Below are positions 17,779 to 28,058 of a DNA stretch of 53,618 bases, one piece after another. The stretch lies in the IMG/VR virus record IMGVR_UViG_2563366968_000008. One strand, written 5' to 3'. The notes beneath the pieces are model-generated. The model was not told the DNA's origin. It worked only from the letters and a program-made list of their open reading frames with translations, and did no database searches. Each line of letters opens with the position of its first letter. Within the stretch, counting starts at the first letter, position 1. Position numbers and translations under genes: made by a program. The stretch comes from a virus. Lineage: Duplodnaviria; Heunggongvirae; Uroviricota; Caudoviricetes.

Positions 17779-18384
17779 ATGCAAAACCCTAAGAAACCAA
17801 TAAGACGCCGTTGCAAATGCTGCGGCGTTTTTTTTGAGCCTAAATATCACAACCAGACGTGGTGCAGTGAAGAATGTCTGGAAGAACTGAAATTTGATCA
17901 GCTATGCCGCGACCGTGAAAAGGCAATGAAGGCGATGGAACGGAAGAAACGCCGTGACAGCCAGCGCGAGGAACGAAACCGGAAGCGGAAACAGTTAAAT
18001 CCGCGCAGCTACTGGATCAAGCAAGTTCAAAATGTATTTAACGCCTATATCCGCGAACGTGACGCGCGGTTGCCGTGCATATCCTGCGGGACTTACTACG
18101 GTGAGCAATGCGGGTGGGATGCCGGACACTATAGGACGGTTGCCGCTGCCGGACACCTTCGCTTTAACGAAGATAATTGCCATAAACAATGTAGACACTG
18201 CAACCAGACGTTAGACGGCAACATCGGAGGTTATCGCCCGGCACTGATTAGAAAAATCGGCCTCGCCAGGGTGGTAGCACTGGAGAACAACAACGATACG
18301 CACAAATGGACGATCGCAGAATGTAAGGAGCTAATAAACATCTACCAGGCGAAATTGGACGCCTTAAGGAGAAAGGCAGCATGA
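17779..18384 (+). CDS. ninG: NinG/Rap-like recombination protein (ORF opens at 17689; ATG 17779 preferred)
   Basis: RRCKCCGVFFEP...CSEEC zinc-binding N-terminus and basic C-terminal region typical of NinG. Confidence 0.6.
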   Translation: MQNPKKPIRRRCKCCGVFFEPKYHNQTWCSEECLEELKFDQLCRDREKAMKAMERKKRRDSQREERNRKRKQLNPRSYWIKQVQNVFNAYIRERDARLPCISCGTYYGEQCGWDAGHYRTVAAAGHLRFNEDNCHKQCRHCNQTLDGNIGGYRPALIRKIGLARVVALENNNDTHKWTIAECKELINIYQAKLDALRRKAA

Positions 18385-18782
18385 ATGAATATACTTTTAG
18401 CCTGCCTTACCCGCCATCGAATAACCGCTATTACCGACATTCGCGTGGTTTTCACTATATCAGCAAGGTAGGGAAAGAATACCGTGAACGAGTAAGAGAC
18501 ATCATCGAATTATTAAATTTAAACATCAACATATCTTGCCGACTGGCAATCATCATTTATGCCGCACCGCCGGATAACAGGACCAGGGATCTCGATAATA
18601 TCCCAAAATGCCTATTTGACAGCCTTACATATTCCGAATTCTGGAAAGACGACGGTCAGATCGATTCTATAAAAATTGTTCGCTGCCGTAAGGTAAAAGG
18701 CGGGCGATTGTTTATCAAGGTGCGCGAACGCGGAGACCTGCTACCTGATATTAACGAATACGCAACTAATATGTGGTGGTAA
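18381..18782 (+). CDS. rusA: RusA-like Holliday junction resolvase
   Basis: LPYPPSNNRYYRH...RDLDNIPKCLFDSL...DDGQI motifs typical of RusA. Confidence 0.75.
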   Translation: MNEYTFSLPYPPSNNRYYRHSRGFHYISKVGKEYRERVRDIIELLNLNINISCRLAIIIYAAPPDNRTRDLDNIPKCLFDSLTYSEFWKDDGQIDSIKIVRCRKVKGGRLFIKVRERGDLLPDINEYATNMWW

Positions 18783-18966
18783 CAATGAAAAACGAAATTA
18801 AAGATCTGCAAATAGACATTCAGCGCGACGAGCGTGATTTAGCCACAGTTCGACAAATTCAGGCTTTTCACATGTGAGAATTACTTGCACTGAAAGAGTT
18901 TGAGAGAAAGCTGGTGCAATCAATTTCTGATCGTAAACGCCTTATTGCTCGTTACGGGGGCAAATA

Positions 18967-19695
18967 ATGAATTTAGAATCCATTCTAAAATTCCACTTTC
19001 CCAAATCACCGCGATTGTCAGACGAAAGCAGGGGAACATCACCTGATGCACTTAATACGACGGATGCGCTTACCGCCGCTGGTATGGCGCAATCGCGCGT
19101 AGCGCTTGGTTACAGCGCTTTTTTGGGGAAGATGGAACTATCGCAAACTGAAAAACACAGGGCCGTAGTTTTGCTTACAGAGCGTTTAAGAGCTATGGCA
19201 AAAGATTACGAATACGTTATGGAGTTGGACGATGAGCGACGCAATGATCTTATTATTCTTGTTGCCGTTTTCGCGTTTCGGGATTACTGCCAGAGTGCGG
19301 CGACCGAAAAGGTTTGCCCTAAATGCGGTGGAAACGGGCTTTTACCGCATCCATGCTGCGAATACACATCAACGGTTTGTTCGCGGTGCAACGGGAAAGG
19401 CTACGTTAAAAACCATTGCCAGCGGTGCAAAGGGCGCGGCGAGATACCGGATAAAGCAGCCAGTGAAGCAGCGGAAATGCCAGTTTTCAAAACGTGCCAG
19501 CATTGTGGCGGGCGCGGGTACTCGCGTTTCCCGGTAGATCTTGTCCGACAGGCGGTTAATCAGCTTGTTTTCCCGGTAAGCCGATCAACATGGTGGAAGA
19601 AATACAGGGTTTTCTATGAGGACGCCATAGCGGAGCTATTTAAAGAAGAAGCCCGCGCGGAAAGCGAAATTAAACGAGTGACACGGGGTGAATAA
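18967..19695 (+). CDS. Q-like late antiterminator candidate with DnaJ-type zinc finger
   Basis: Four CxxCxGxG repeats (CPKCGGNG, CSRCNGKG, CQRCKGRG, CQHCGGRG); position after ninG/rusA and before lysis genes matches lambdoid Q. Confidence 0.45.
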   Translation: MNLESILKFHFPKSPRLSDESRGTSPDALNTTDALTAAGMAQSRVALGYSAFLGKMELSQTEKHRAVVLLTERLRAMAKDYEYVMELDDERRNDLIILVAVFAFRDYCQSAATEKVCPKCGGNGLLPHPCCEYTSTVCSRCNGKGYVKNHCQRCKGRGEIPDKAASEAAEMPVFKTCQHCGGRGYSRFPVDLVRQAVNQLVFPVSRSTWWKKYRVFYEDAIAELFKEEARAESEIKRVTRGE

Positions 19696-19880
19696 TGACA
19701 AGTTAGAAATAAACGATCAGTTTGCCGTTATATTGTTCGAAGATAAAACTGGCGGCGCATGGTGTAAGAGAGTCACTGGTGCAGAAGCGCGTTTAATATT
19801 AGGTATGGCAAGCGCGTTAAACGAAGGAGAATTACCCGCCATCCCTGTTAAACCAGTCCACATCTATAAACGGGGCGACG

Positions 19881-20231
19881 ATGATGAAAATAATTAATAT
19901 TGGGTGGCTGTATTGCGAAAACTGCGACGACGACGGCATGGTTGTTAAAACTGAAAAAGGCTGCGGCTTCATACTGTATCAAGATGATAAATTTGTTTGC
20001 CCGCGATGCGGTGGTCGTGGTGAGATAGAGATCGTTGATGATATTGCTACCGCACCCAAGCCATCGCGCATTGTCCTTGATGAAAAAATAAAAATTCATC
20101 CTGATTTATTACAGCAAATTATCGATCACGTATCGGCAGCCGCAATCTATAGCGATAACAATTATCAGCGTGAAATGAACGTCAAACGTGCGCTTAATCA
20201 GTATTTTAAGGGTGACGATGATGAAGCCTAA
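19881..20231 (+). CDS. Small zinc-ribbon protein (116 aa)
   Basis: CENC...CPRCGGRG motifs; ATG start. Confidence 0.45.
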   Translation: MMKIINIGWLYCENCDDDGMVVKTEKGCGFILYQDDKFVCPRCGGRGEIEIVDDIATAPKPSRIVLDEKIKIHPDLLQQIIDHVSAAAIYSDNNYQREMNVKRALNQYFKGDDDEA

Positions 20232-20493
20232 ATTAAAAGAACATGTTTACCGCCAGTTGGTTAACGAGTTGGCTGACACGGCCCGCCATTACGCCGGAAC
20301 ACAACAGCTACGCGGTCGGCTATCTTCGGTTGTTAACCGTTATATTGATGCTGGATGCCATCGCAAAGGTGAAATTACGATGGACGAGGCAATCAAGCGC
20401 CGGACGGCTGAATGGTCAGTGAGTAATACCGGATTAACCGGATACATTGAAGGCTATAACGACTGTTTACAGGATCATGGCGATGGCAAGTAA
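20218..20493 (+). CDS. Hypothetical protein (about 91 aa)
   Basis: ATG with AAGGGTGA SD, in frame within ORF 20188..20493. Confidence 0.4.
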   Translation: MMKPKLKEHVYRQLVNELADTARHYAGTQQLRGRLSSVVNRYIDAGCHRKGEITMDEAIKRRTAEWSVSNTGLTGYIEGYNDCLQDHGDGK

Positions 20494-20736
20494 AGATCTA
20501 CATTTAAACCTGAAAGGAGAATACTTTTACGCCATCCGGGCGGGAAAGAAGGTGGAGGAATACCGACTTTATAATGACTATTGGCGTAAACGCCTGAAAG
20601 GGCGGGAATATGAACGCCTGATAATCAAGCTGGGGTATCCAGCCAGCCACGAAACACACCGGATCATAAACCTGCCTTATTTCGGGTATGAAGTGAAAAC
20701 TATCACACATCCATTGTTCGGCCCTGATCCTGTTAA

Positions 20737-21931
<1,195 letters not shown>

Positions 21932-21986
21932 TTAAGGTATTCGCAATTAAATGTGATGTGAATTGGATGTTAAGGTGGGGTGAGCA

Positions 21987-22202
21987 ATGAAAAAAGCTGG
22001 CCTATCAATTAGCCGTGTATTGTGCGGTGACGAAAACGAGATCCGCATAGAAATTAAATTTAGCACAGGTAAAGAGATAATCCTTTACACGACACCTGAA
22101 AACCTGACGCTGGCGCTTACTGGTAAATCTGAAACGCCGTGCGACGTCCGGTTGCGCAATATTGAAATTAAGGAATTAAGGAAGGTGAAAGATGAAAAGT
22201 AG
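21987..22202 (+). CDS. Hypothetical small protein (cargo array)
   Basis: ATG with AAGGTGGGGTGAG SD; ATGA overlap with restored ASCH gene stop. Confidence 0.45.
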   Translation: MKKAGLSISRVLCGDENEIRIEIKFSTGKEIILYTTPENLTLALTGKSETPCDVRLRNIEIKELRKVKDEK

Positions 22203-22392
22203 AATGAAACGCATGGTAAGAGCTTACGATAAGGCTTTAATGGTTTTTGATGATTTGCGACGCAATAAGCGTGAGCGTCGTAAATGGGCGCGTTTATTCG
22301 CGAAAGAATGGCACGAAGACGATGCGACAATCGACTGTCAAAAAGACGCTGACGAATTAGCTGACGATAACGTTTATTATATGATGTGGTGA
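22192..22392 (+). CDS. Hypothetical small protein (cargo array)
   Basis: ATG overlapping upstream gene; basic N-terminus. Confidence 0.4.
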   Translation: MKSRMKRMVRAYDKALMVFDDLRRNKRERRKWARLFAKEWHEDDATIDCQKDADELADDNVYYMMW

Positions 22393-22396
22393 CAAC

Positions 22397-22762
22397 ATGC
22401 AAATAATCATTGATTACCTTTGCCATGCAGCAAATACACTTTTCGGTTTTTATCAACAACCTTTCCTTAAAGAGTGGGATTCGATGTTAAACGATATCCT
22501 CGACAAAGGATTAATAATGGAGGTTGACGAGCTTACAATCAAAATTAATTATGAAGGTGAAGAATATCAAATTTGGGTGGGTAATAGATGGTATTCATAC
22601 GGTCATATTTATTCAATTGGTGGTAAGTTCATTAAAAGAAACCAGGAATTCAGACCGCGCTTCCGCACAATGCGCCGACTACATAACCTGCATATGAATC
22701 TATTTGAAGACCAGGAAGCACGGGAACTATTCAAGATCTACGGAGATAAATCATGGAGCTAA
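22397..22762 (+). CDS. Hypothetical protein (121 aa)
   Basis: ATG start; operon packing. Confidence 0.45.
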   Translation: MQIIIDYLCHAANTLFGFYQQPFLKEWDSMLNDILDKGLIMEVDELTIKINYEGEEYQIWVGNRWYSYGHIYSIGGKFIKRNQEFRPRFRTMRRLHNLHMNLFEDQEARELFKIYGDKSWS

Positions 22763-22983
22763 AAATCTGGAAGGCTATCGACGTAGTTGATAATGAGTTA
22801 AGTATGTTTGCCACTGACGGAAAGCGCGCGGTGATCGCCACATGGACGCGTAACCATGATGATATCGCTTTTCGTCGCAAGGCTGCGGAGTGGCTTTTCT
22901 CTGATGGCGGCTACACGATGAACATCGCCCAGCTTGCCAGAATGAAGGATGAAAAGCTGGTAGACAGCTACACAACTGCATAG
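22753..22983 (+). CDS. Hypothetical small protein
   Basis: ATG overlapping upstream stop. Confidence 0.4.
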   Translation: MELKIWKAIDVVDNELSMFATDGKRAVIATWTRNHDDIAFRRKAAEWLFSDGGYTMNIAQLARMKDEKLVDSYTTA

Positions 22984-22993
22984 CGGGGTAAAT

Positions 22994-23227
22994 ATGCGTA
23001 TCTATGAGCACAAGCGGGATAAAACCCGCTTTTTTGTTCGTGCTGGCGTTGCATACCAGTATCACGAATGCGGATACATTGAGGCGCTTGCTTACGATCT
23101 GGATTTCGAGCAGGAAAAAGAATGGTTCGATTTCAAAATATACCGCAAGCGTAAACCAACGCGCTACGAGCGCCACGCTATCCGGGACTTTTTAATCAGC
23201 ATTGAGCGCTGGGGGACAGAAGAATGA
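22994..23227 (+). CDS. Hypothetical small protein
   Basis: ATG start. Confidence 0.4.
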   Translation: MRIYEHKRDKTRFFVRAGVAYQYHECGYIEALAYDLDFEQEKEWFDFKIYRKRKPTRYERHAIRDFLISIERWGTEE

Positions 23228-23502
23228 GAACAAAGAAAACAGCAGATCAGAAAGCGTTAGTTATCGCTACAACGGATGTATCGTTATTCACGAAGGGTGA
23301 AGAGATAGATCTTAAATTGCTTTTTGGAATGTTTGAGCCACACGAAAAGCCGTGGTTCGTACATGAAGATAAACAAGGCAATATGCGCGTAGTAGTGCCT
23401 GACAGTAAAAGCGATATATTTTTTGGTATTCCAGATCCGTTACATGACGGTGAGATGTTGGCGGTGTTGTTGATCTCTGATGCTGTTACTTATAAGGGGT
23501 AA
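23224..23502 (+). CDS. Hypothetical small protein
   Basis: ATGA overlap. Confidence 0.4.
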   Translation: MRTKKTADQKALVIATTDVSLFTKGEEIDLKLLFGMFEPHEKPWFVHEDKQGNMRVVVPDSKSDIFFGIPDPLHDGEMLAVLLISDAVTYKG

Positions 23503-23504
23503 AG

Positions 23505-23732
23505 ATGAAAGTCAAATTCTTGCACGATCACGGTTATCCGTCATTGAAACAGGTTGTTGGTAAGGTCGTTAATGTCGTTCATAGCGATGATGTCACTTGC
23601 ATGATTAACGGTGCTGATTTAATCGCCGCTGGCGCTGATGATCATTACATCAATCCGGCGTGGTCGTATACGTTCAGCCTGGGTGACTTCGTTGGCGACA
23701 AGGGGCGCGGGCTGCAAGTGGTCGAGGGTTAA
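23505..23732 (+). CDS. Hypothetical small protein
   Basis: ATG start. Confidence 0.4.
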   Translation: MKVKFLHDHGYPSLKQVVGKVVNVVHSDDVTCMINGADLIAAGADDHYINPAWSYTFSLGDFVGDKGRGLQVVEG

Positions 23733-23736
23733 TATC

Positions 23737-23985
23737 ATGGACGTTTACGAAGATCTATACCTTCAGACGAATACCCACACTTTTTATTTTTTGAAAAACG
23801 GCGTTGTATATCGCAGCGACGACGGGATGGTAATGAAGGAGTGGTTATTTAAGCGTAAAGACCTACTCGACGATCTGGTTTTTGCCGGGATATTTCGTAA
23901 ACGTCCGGCTAACCTGGAAGAAGAAATGTTGATTGAGGTAATTAAAAATGAAAATCAGGGTAAGTTATTTCCGGGCGAAAGATAA
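23737..23985 (+). CDS. Hypothetical small protein
   Basis: ATG in frame within ORF 23638..23985 with GAGGG SD. Confidence 0.4.
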   Translation: MDVYEDLYLQTNTHTFYFLKNGVVYRSDDGMVMKEWLFKRKDLLDDLVFAGIFRKRPANLEEEMLIEVIKNENQGKLFPGER

Positions 23986-24199
23986 GGCAACAGGAAAGCA
24001 GATGGCGATCCTGGTTAACGAGGCCAATTATATGTTTGTACTTCGGCCGTGGTGCATAGCTGACTATAACGATGATTATCGTCGTCACGGTGCGCGGAGT
24101 GCGGTAGGCATGAAAGGCTGGCAACCGCGCGACATGGAAAACTATTGTGAATGGAAATTAGTAGCAAAATACACTGTCGATTATAAAGGTGTTTTCTGA
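23948..24199 (+). CDS. Hypothetical small protein
   Basis: ATG start overlapping upstream gene. Confidence 0.4.
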   Translation: MKIRVSYFRAKDKATGKQMAILVNEANYMFVLRPWCIADYNDDYRRHGARSAVGMKGWQPRDMENYCEWKLVAKYTVDYKGVF

Positions 24200-24202
24200 T
24201 TA

Positions 24203-24571
24203 ATGTTACTTTCACGGAAGATATGCGAACCAGTGGGGCAAATGACCCCATCAAGCCAGAAGGGTTTAATCATGAAAAGCGATAAATTCATTGCGTGCTG
24301 TTTTGTTGAAGTGCCTAAAGGTGATGCCTTCTGCGATTATGAATTTAAAGACAGTTGGGGAAAATCTCATGTTGTAGTTGGCAAGCGCGGAGACTGGTTA
24401 TACATAACAGACGACGACATGATTTTTACTGCAAACCAGTTATTCAAAATTAAGTCAGAAAATAGTGAAACGCCACTTTGCAGCATGTTTAACATGCATT
24501 ATCACTCACTATTATTGTTAAAACAAGATGTTATAAATAAAGCGCGTAGCTTACCTGGTGCGGAGTTTTAA
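24203..24571 (+). CDS. Hypothetical protein (122 aa)
   Basis: ATG start. Confidence 0.4.
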   Translation: MLLSRKICEPVGQMTPSSQKGLIMKSDKFIACCFVEVPKGDAFCDYEFKDSWGKSHVVVGKRGDWLYITDDDMIFTANQLFKIKSENSETPLCSMFNMHYHSLLLLKQDVINKARSLPGAEF

Positions 24572-24594
24572 TTTATTACGAAGGGGAATAATAA

Positions 24595-24918
24595 ATGTCT
24601 AAATTTATCAGCGTTAAGGTTTTTCGTGGCAATTTTCCAGAAGATAAAGAAATTGGACAATTCGCAGGTGAACGTGGCGTATGTTTCCGTGTAGCTACTG
24701 AAGACGATGCGCACGTTAAATGCTTTCACGTATCTGAACCGCCTTTTAATGCAGACCATCTTGAAGACCTGAATAGAATTAAAAGCCTTATTTTTGCCTA
24801 TCTGGCGTTCCCTGGCATAGCTAATGCTGATGTGGGATTGGTTGGAGCTGAACTAGTGGCAGAATATAAAATGACTGAAGGAGAAGAAGGGGGAATTAAA
24901 ATTGAGCGCATCAAATAA
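24595..24918 (+). CDS. Hypothetical protein (107 aa)
   Basis: ATG with GAAGGGGAA SD. Confidence 0.45.
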   Translation: MSKFISVKVFRGNFPEDKEIGQFAGERGVCFRVATEDDAHVKCFHVSEPPFNADHLEDLNRIKSLIFAYLAFPGIANADVGLVGAELVAEYKMTEGEEGGIKIERIK

Positions 24919-25156
24919 GGTATACAAAATCAGGTGTAAAGGTGAATACCCTGGCTTTACGACTGGTTGCGAATACCTGGGCCACATTGGATACGGTCCT
25001 TTCGGTGAGTTAGGGATGAATACGATTGATGACGATGGCGACAGCAGGACGCTTGGTCTTGATTCTGATGATTTCGAATACATCCCGCCGATAACTTACC
25101 GCGACGTTGATGATTTCATGGCTGAACATGACGACGAGGACGATGATTATGATTGA
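24902..25156 (+). CDS. Hypothetical acidic small protein
   Basis: ATG overlapping upstream stop; Asp-rich C-terminus. Confidence 0.4.
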   Translation: MSASNKVYKIRCKGEYPGFTTGCEYLGHIGYGPFGELGMNTIDDDGDSRTLGLDSDDFEYIPPITYRDVDDFMAEHDDEDDDYD

Positions 25157-25349
25157 ATGCCTTATTGCTGTGACTGTTTTGCTTTATATCGCTGGCGCGA
25201 TCCTGATGTCATGTTTTATTAAGTTTAGCGGTGCCGAACATGGTGGACTTGAGATTCCTTTTTGGCCTGTGACTGTGTTTATCGCTTTCTTCGACGCTAC
25301 GGCAGAGCAAATCAGGCGAGCCATTAAGGAGCGTAAAAATGGGAAATAG
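25107..25349 (+). CDS. Small membrane protein
   Basis: Two hydrophobic segments; overlaps neighbours. Confidence 0.4.
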   Translation: MMISWLNMTTRTMIMIECLIAVTVLLYIAGAILMSCFIKFSGAEHGGLEIPFWPVTVFIAFFDATAEQIRRAIKERKNGK

Positions 25350-25536
25350 CGACCATGAATATGATGGCGTTTATCAGTCATTGGCTACGCGAGCTTATTA
25401 CCGCCTCGAAGGTGAGCACGTTTTGATGCGCCTCGGTAGTCTTGATCGGTGGCATGAGCCATTTTTACCTATGACAGCGAAAGAAGTTATCACGATGGTT
25501 AATCATAGATACTGGCGCAAGGTTGGTGATTTGTAA
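25339..25536 (+). CDS. Hypothetical small protein
   Basis: ATG overlapping upstream stop. Confidence 0.4.
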   Translation: MGNSDHEYDGVYQSLATRAYYRLEGEHVLMRLGSLDRWHEPFLPMTAKEVITMVNHRYWRKVGDL

Positions 25537-25598
25537 CCATAATCGCGCATAAAAAACAAATAGATTAAAATATTTCCTAACAATGCGAAATTGTAATT

Positions 25599-25621
25599 GC
25601 CCGGCCACGCGCCGGGTTTTT
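25599..25621 (+). terminator. Intrinsic terminator immediately upstream of holin (possible tR'-like)
   Basis: Hairpin CCCGGC-CACGC-GCCGGG followed by TTTTT. Confidence 0.5.
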
Positions 25622-25641
25622 GCTTTGTTGGAGGTAAATCT

Positions 25642-25842
25642 ATGTTCGACAGAATACGGGAGGCGTGCGCGTATGTGACTGGGGCCGTAACTGCTTTTTT
25701 CGGCGCGATAACCATCAATGACATTGCCGTCTTTGTGGGTATCTTATCAACCGTAGGCACATTTGCCGTCAATTATTACTTCAAATCACAGGAGAACAAG
25801 CGAGCGCAAGAGGAACACGACGCGCGAATGGGGAATAAGTAA
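25642..25842 (+). CDS. Holin (class II-like)
   Basis: 67 aa with two hydrophobic segments and charged C-terminus; GGAGG SD; immediately upstream of endolysin. Confidence 0.7.
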   Translation: MFDRIREACAYVTGAVTAFFGAITINDIAVFVGILSTVGTFAVNYYFKSQENKRAQEEHDARMGNK

Positions 25843-25843
25843 C

Positions 25844-26335
25844 ATGATTAGCCAATCGCTGAAGAATAAGATTATTGCTGCGGCGGCTGGTGGGGCGATC
25901 GCTATTGCGGCGGTGATGGTTAAACCATTAGAGGGCGTGGAGTACGATCCCTATCGTGATGTTATCGGCGTATGGACCGTTTGCTATGGTCACACCGGAA
26001 AAGACATCATGCTTGGTAAGACTTACACGCAATCAGAATGCGATGCTTTGTTAAACAAGGATCTCCACAAAACCGCAAAAGCGATTGACCCCTATATTAA
26101 AGTCGAAATATCAGATTTTACCCGCGCGGCGCTTTATTCATTCGCCTATAACGTAGGTGCAACCAATTTCAAAACATCAACCTTATTAAAACTACTCAAT
26201 GACGGCAAGAAATCAGAAGCGTGCGCACAGCTTAAACGCTGGGTATACGCTGGCGGTAAGAAGTGGCAAGGCCTGGTAAACCGCCGCGAGGTTGAATATG
26301 CCGTTTGCGAATGGGGGGAAACGTGGACAAGGTGA
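25844..26335 (+). CDS. Endolysin, lysozyme family with N-terminal SAR signal-anchor
   Basis: N-terminal Gly/Ala-rich weak TM ([17 protein letters not shown]) followed by lysozyme-like domain (EG...D...T catalytic pattern). Confidence 0.8.
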   Translation: MISQSLKNKIIAAAAGGAIAIAAVMVKPLEGVEYDPYRDVIGVWTVCYGHTGKDIMLGKTYTQSECDALLNKDLHKTAKAIDPYIKVEISDFTRAALYSFAYNVGATNFKTSTLLKLLNDGKKSEACAQLKRWVYAGGKKWQGLVNRREVEYAVCEWGETWTR

Positions 26336-26793
26336 AGGCGTTAATTATCGCCGCTGTTGTTTGCATTATTGCCGGACTGACCGCCGTAACATGTTATTAC
26401 CAGGGTGAGGCGGCAAGGTTACAGGAAGAAGTCACGGTAACGAAAGGCGCACTGAAAACGGCAAGTAACACTATTCAGCAGATGAAGGAGCGAAACGCCG
26501 AACTGTCAAAACTTGATAAGAGGTATCACGATGAGATTAAAGCTATCAGATCTGACATTGCCGATCTGCGCACTGGCATTGATAACGGTACTATCCGGTT
26601 GCGCGTCAACGCAATACCCGTGCGAGTGTCCGACCCCGCCGCGACCGCCAGCCGCATTGATGGAGCCACCTGCGAGCTTGATGCCACTGCTAGACAATCT
26701 TATCTATCCCTCAGAGAACAACTAAAAGAGAAAGACGCACAGATCACTGGCCTACAGGACTACATCAAAACTCAGTGTTTACGCAAAGAATAG
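26311..26793 (+). CDS. i-spanin (Rz-like); start uncertain
   Basis: N-terminal TM segment, coiled-coil-like periplasmic region; overlaps endolysin 3' end; contains embedded Rz1. Confidence 0.6.
   Translation: MGGNVDKVKALIIAAVVCIIAGLTAVTCYYQGEAARLQEEVTVTKGALKTASNTIQQMKERNAELSKLDKRYHDEIKAIRSDIADLRTGIDNGTIRLRVNAIPVRVSDPAATASRIDGATCELDATARQSYLSLREQLKEKDAQITGLQDYIKTQCLRKE
26531..26725 (+). CDS. o-spanin (Rz1-like lipoprotein) embedded in +1 frame of Rz
   Basis: Signal peptide with lipobox LSGC, Pro-rich mature region; fully embedded in the Rz gene. Confidence 0.65.
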   Translation: MRLKLSDLTLPICALALITVLSGCASTQYPCECPTPPRPPAALMEPPASLMPLLDNLIYPSENN

Positions 26794-27072
26794 CAGCGCG
26801 TTGACGTGTCGCCGTTTCTGTCAGCCAGCCATAACCTGGCCAATCCTTCCCGCGAGCGACGGCGGAATAGTCAAAAACACGTAATACCGGATCAACAGTC
26901 CCATTAACAGGTCAGGCGCTACCTGGGTAGAAGAAAGCGCCATTCACCAATTTTATAAAATTCTGGAAACGGTACTGATGAAGCGCCGTTTTCAGTGTTT
27001 TATAACTGTTTTCACTCCCTGCGGTGTCGAGTTTTGCGGGGGTTATATTTTTCAGAATAGGAGATTATTCTG

Positions 27073-27615
27073 ATGGCTAAGGCTAAAGGCATTAAATTGC
27101 CTCAATTTAAGATCCCACTCTTTGAGCATACAACCGTTTTCTTTTGCCCGACCCGCGAGATGTTCTATGAATTTTGCGAAAAGGCAGGAATTCCGATTGA
27201 ACCTGATTTCGAGTTGGCTGGAGGATTAACGCTTACTTGCACTGGCGAGAATGGTGGTAACTTCTACGTGATCGCAGTATTCAACAATGAGTTGGGAACG
27301 CTGGTCCATGAATGCGCCCACACTACATTCCACGTTTTAAGTGATGTAGGCGTCGTGGCTACCACGGATCCTACCCATCCGGCGAATGAGACTTACGCTT
27401 ACATGGTAGGCCGTATCTTCGATGCGTTTTTCCCTATCCTAGCAGAATCAAACGAAGCACAGGTTGCAGCAATGCAGGCGGCAGAAGTCGTCGATCAGGC
27501 GCTGGAACAGGCAGAACAGCCGAAGGAAGAAGAAAAGCCAGCGAAGAAAGGTAAACGTAAGCCTAAGCAAAAAGATGCGTTAGTCCAGCGTGTAATGAGC
27601 TTTAAACGAGGCTGA
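27073..27615 (+). CDS. Hypothetical protein with HExxH motif (possible zincin-like metallopeptidase)
   Basis: LVHECAHTTFHVL (HExxH...H) and Lys-rich C-terminal tail; AGGAG SD. Confidence 0.5.
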   Translation: MAKAKGIKLPQFKIPLFEHTTVFFCPTREMFYEFCEKAGIPIEPDFELAGGLTLTCTGENGGNFYVIAVFNNELGTLVHECAHTTFHVLSDVGVVATTDPTHPANETYAYMVGRIFDAFFPILAESNEAQVAAMQAAEVVDQALEQAEQPKEEEKPAKKGKRKPKQKDALVQRVMSFKRG

Positions 27616-27617
27616 TT

Positions 27618-27707
27618 ATGATTGCATCAATATTAACGTTTATAGGCGGTATGGCGGCTGGATTCATTCTTTGCATGTTTCTGGTGGTTATGTCTAAGCA
27701 GGATTGA
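27618..27707 (+). CDS. Micro-ORF 1 of array: 29-aa hydrophobic peptide MIASILTFIGGMAAGFILCMFLVVMSKQD
   Basis: ATG with GAGG SD 7 nt upstream; single TM-like segment. Confidence 0.4.
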   Translation: MIASILTFIGGMAAGFILCMFLVVMSKQD

Positions 27708-27709
27708 TT

Positions 27710-27817
27710 ATGGATGATTACATTATCGCCGGATTAATCGGTATCTCTGTGTTTCTGGTGGGTTCTATTATAGTTGCGCTGATAAACGTATATATCAAGT
27801 ATTTGGTGGAGGGGTAA
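27710..27817 (+). CDS. Micro-ORF 2: 35-aa hydrophobic peptide MDDYIIAGLIGISVFLVGSIIVALINVYIKYLVEG
   Basis: ATG with AGGA SD; 2-nt gap from previous stop. Confidence 0.4.
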   Translation: MDDYIIAGLIGISVFLVGSIIVALINVYIKYLVEG

Positions 27818-27818
27818 G

Positions 27819-27893
27819 ATGATTGACCCGCTCATTATCCTTTCTGCCTGCGTCGCTGTATGGCTGGCGATCATGATATTCATTGAAAGCTGA
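27819..27893 (+). CDS. Micro-ORF 3: 24-aa hydrophobic peptide MIDPLIILSACVAVWLAIMIFIES
   Basis: ATG with GGAGGGG SD. Confidence 0.4.
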   Translation: MIDPLIILSACVAVWLAIMIFIES

Positions 27894-27904
27894 AGGTATT
27901 CACC

Positions 27905-27985
27905 ATGAACGCATATGAAATGCTATTGCTGGTGGCTGTGGTTGTAGTCATTGCCGTAGATGTTTATCGGGAGTTTAAAAAATGA
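27905..27985 (+). CDS. Micro-ORF 4: 26-aa hydrophobic peptide MNAYEMLLLVAVVVVIAVDVYREFKK
   Basis: ATG with AAGG upstream. Confidence 0.35.
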   Translation: MNAYEMLLLVAVVVVIAVDVYREFKK

Positions 27986-28050
27986 AATGGCTTGATTTCC
28001 TTTTCCTGATTGTTGCGATTGTTCTTACCATGACCGCGCTGACTCAATAG
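27982..28050 (+). CDS. Micro-ORF 5: 22-aa hydrophobic peptide MKWLDFLFLIVAIVLTMTALTQ
   Basis: ATGA overlap with ORF 4 stop. Confidence 0.35.
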   Translation: MKWLDFLFLIVAIVLTMTALTQ

Positions 28051-28058
28051 GTGAGTAA

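Noticed and set aside
22775-23176. 133-aa minus-strand ORF antisense to the small-ORF cargo array
   Set aside because: Overlaps three tightly coupled plus-strand genes; no SD; plus-strand operon organisation is more parsimonious.
26794-27072. 31-codon ORF in the gap after Rz
   Set aside because: No SD and not hydrophobic like the array members; the region more likely carries regulatory or packaging signals, which I could not identify.
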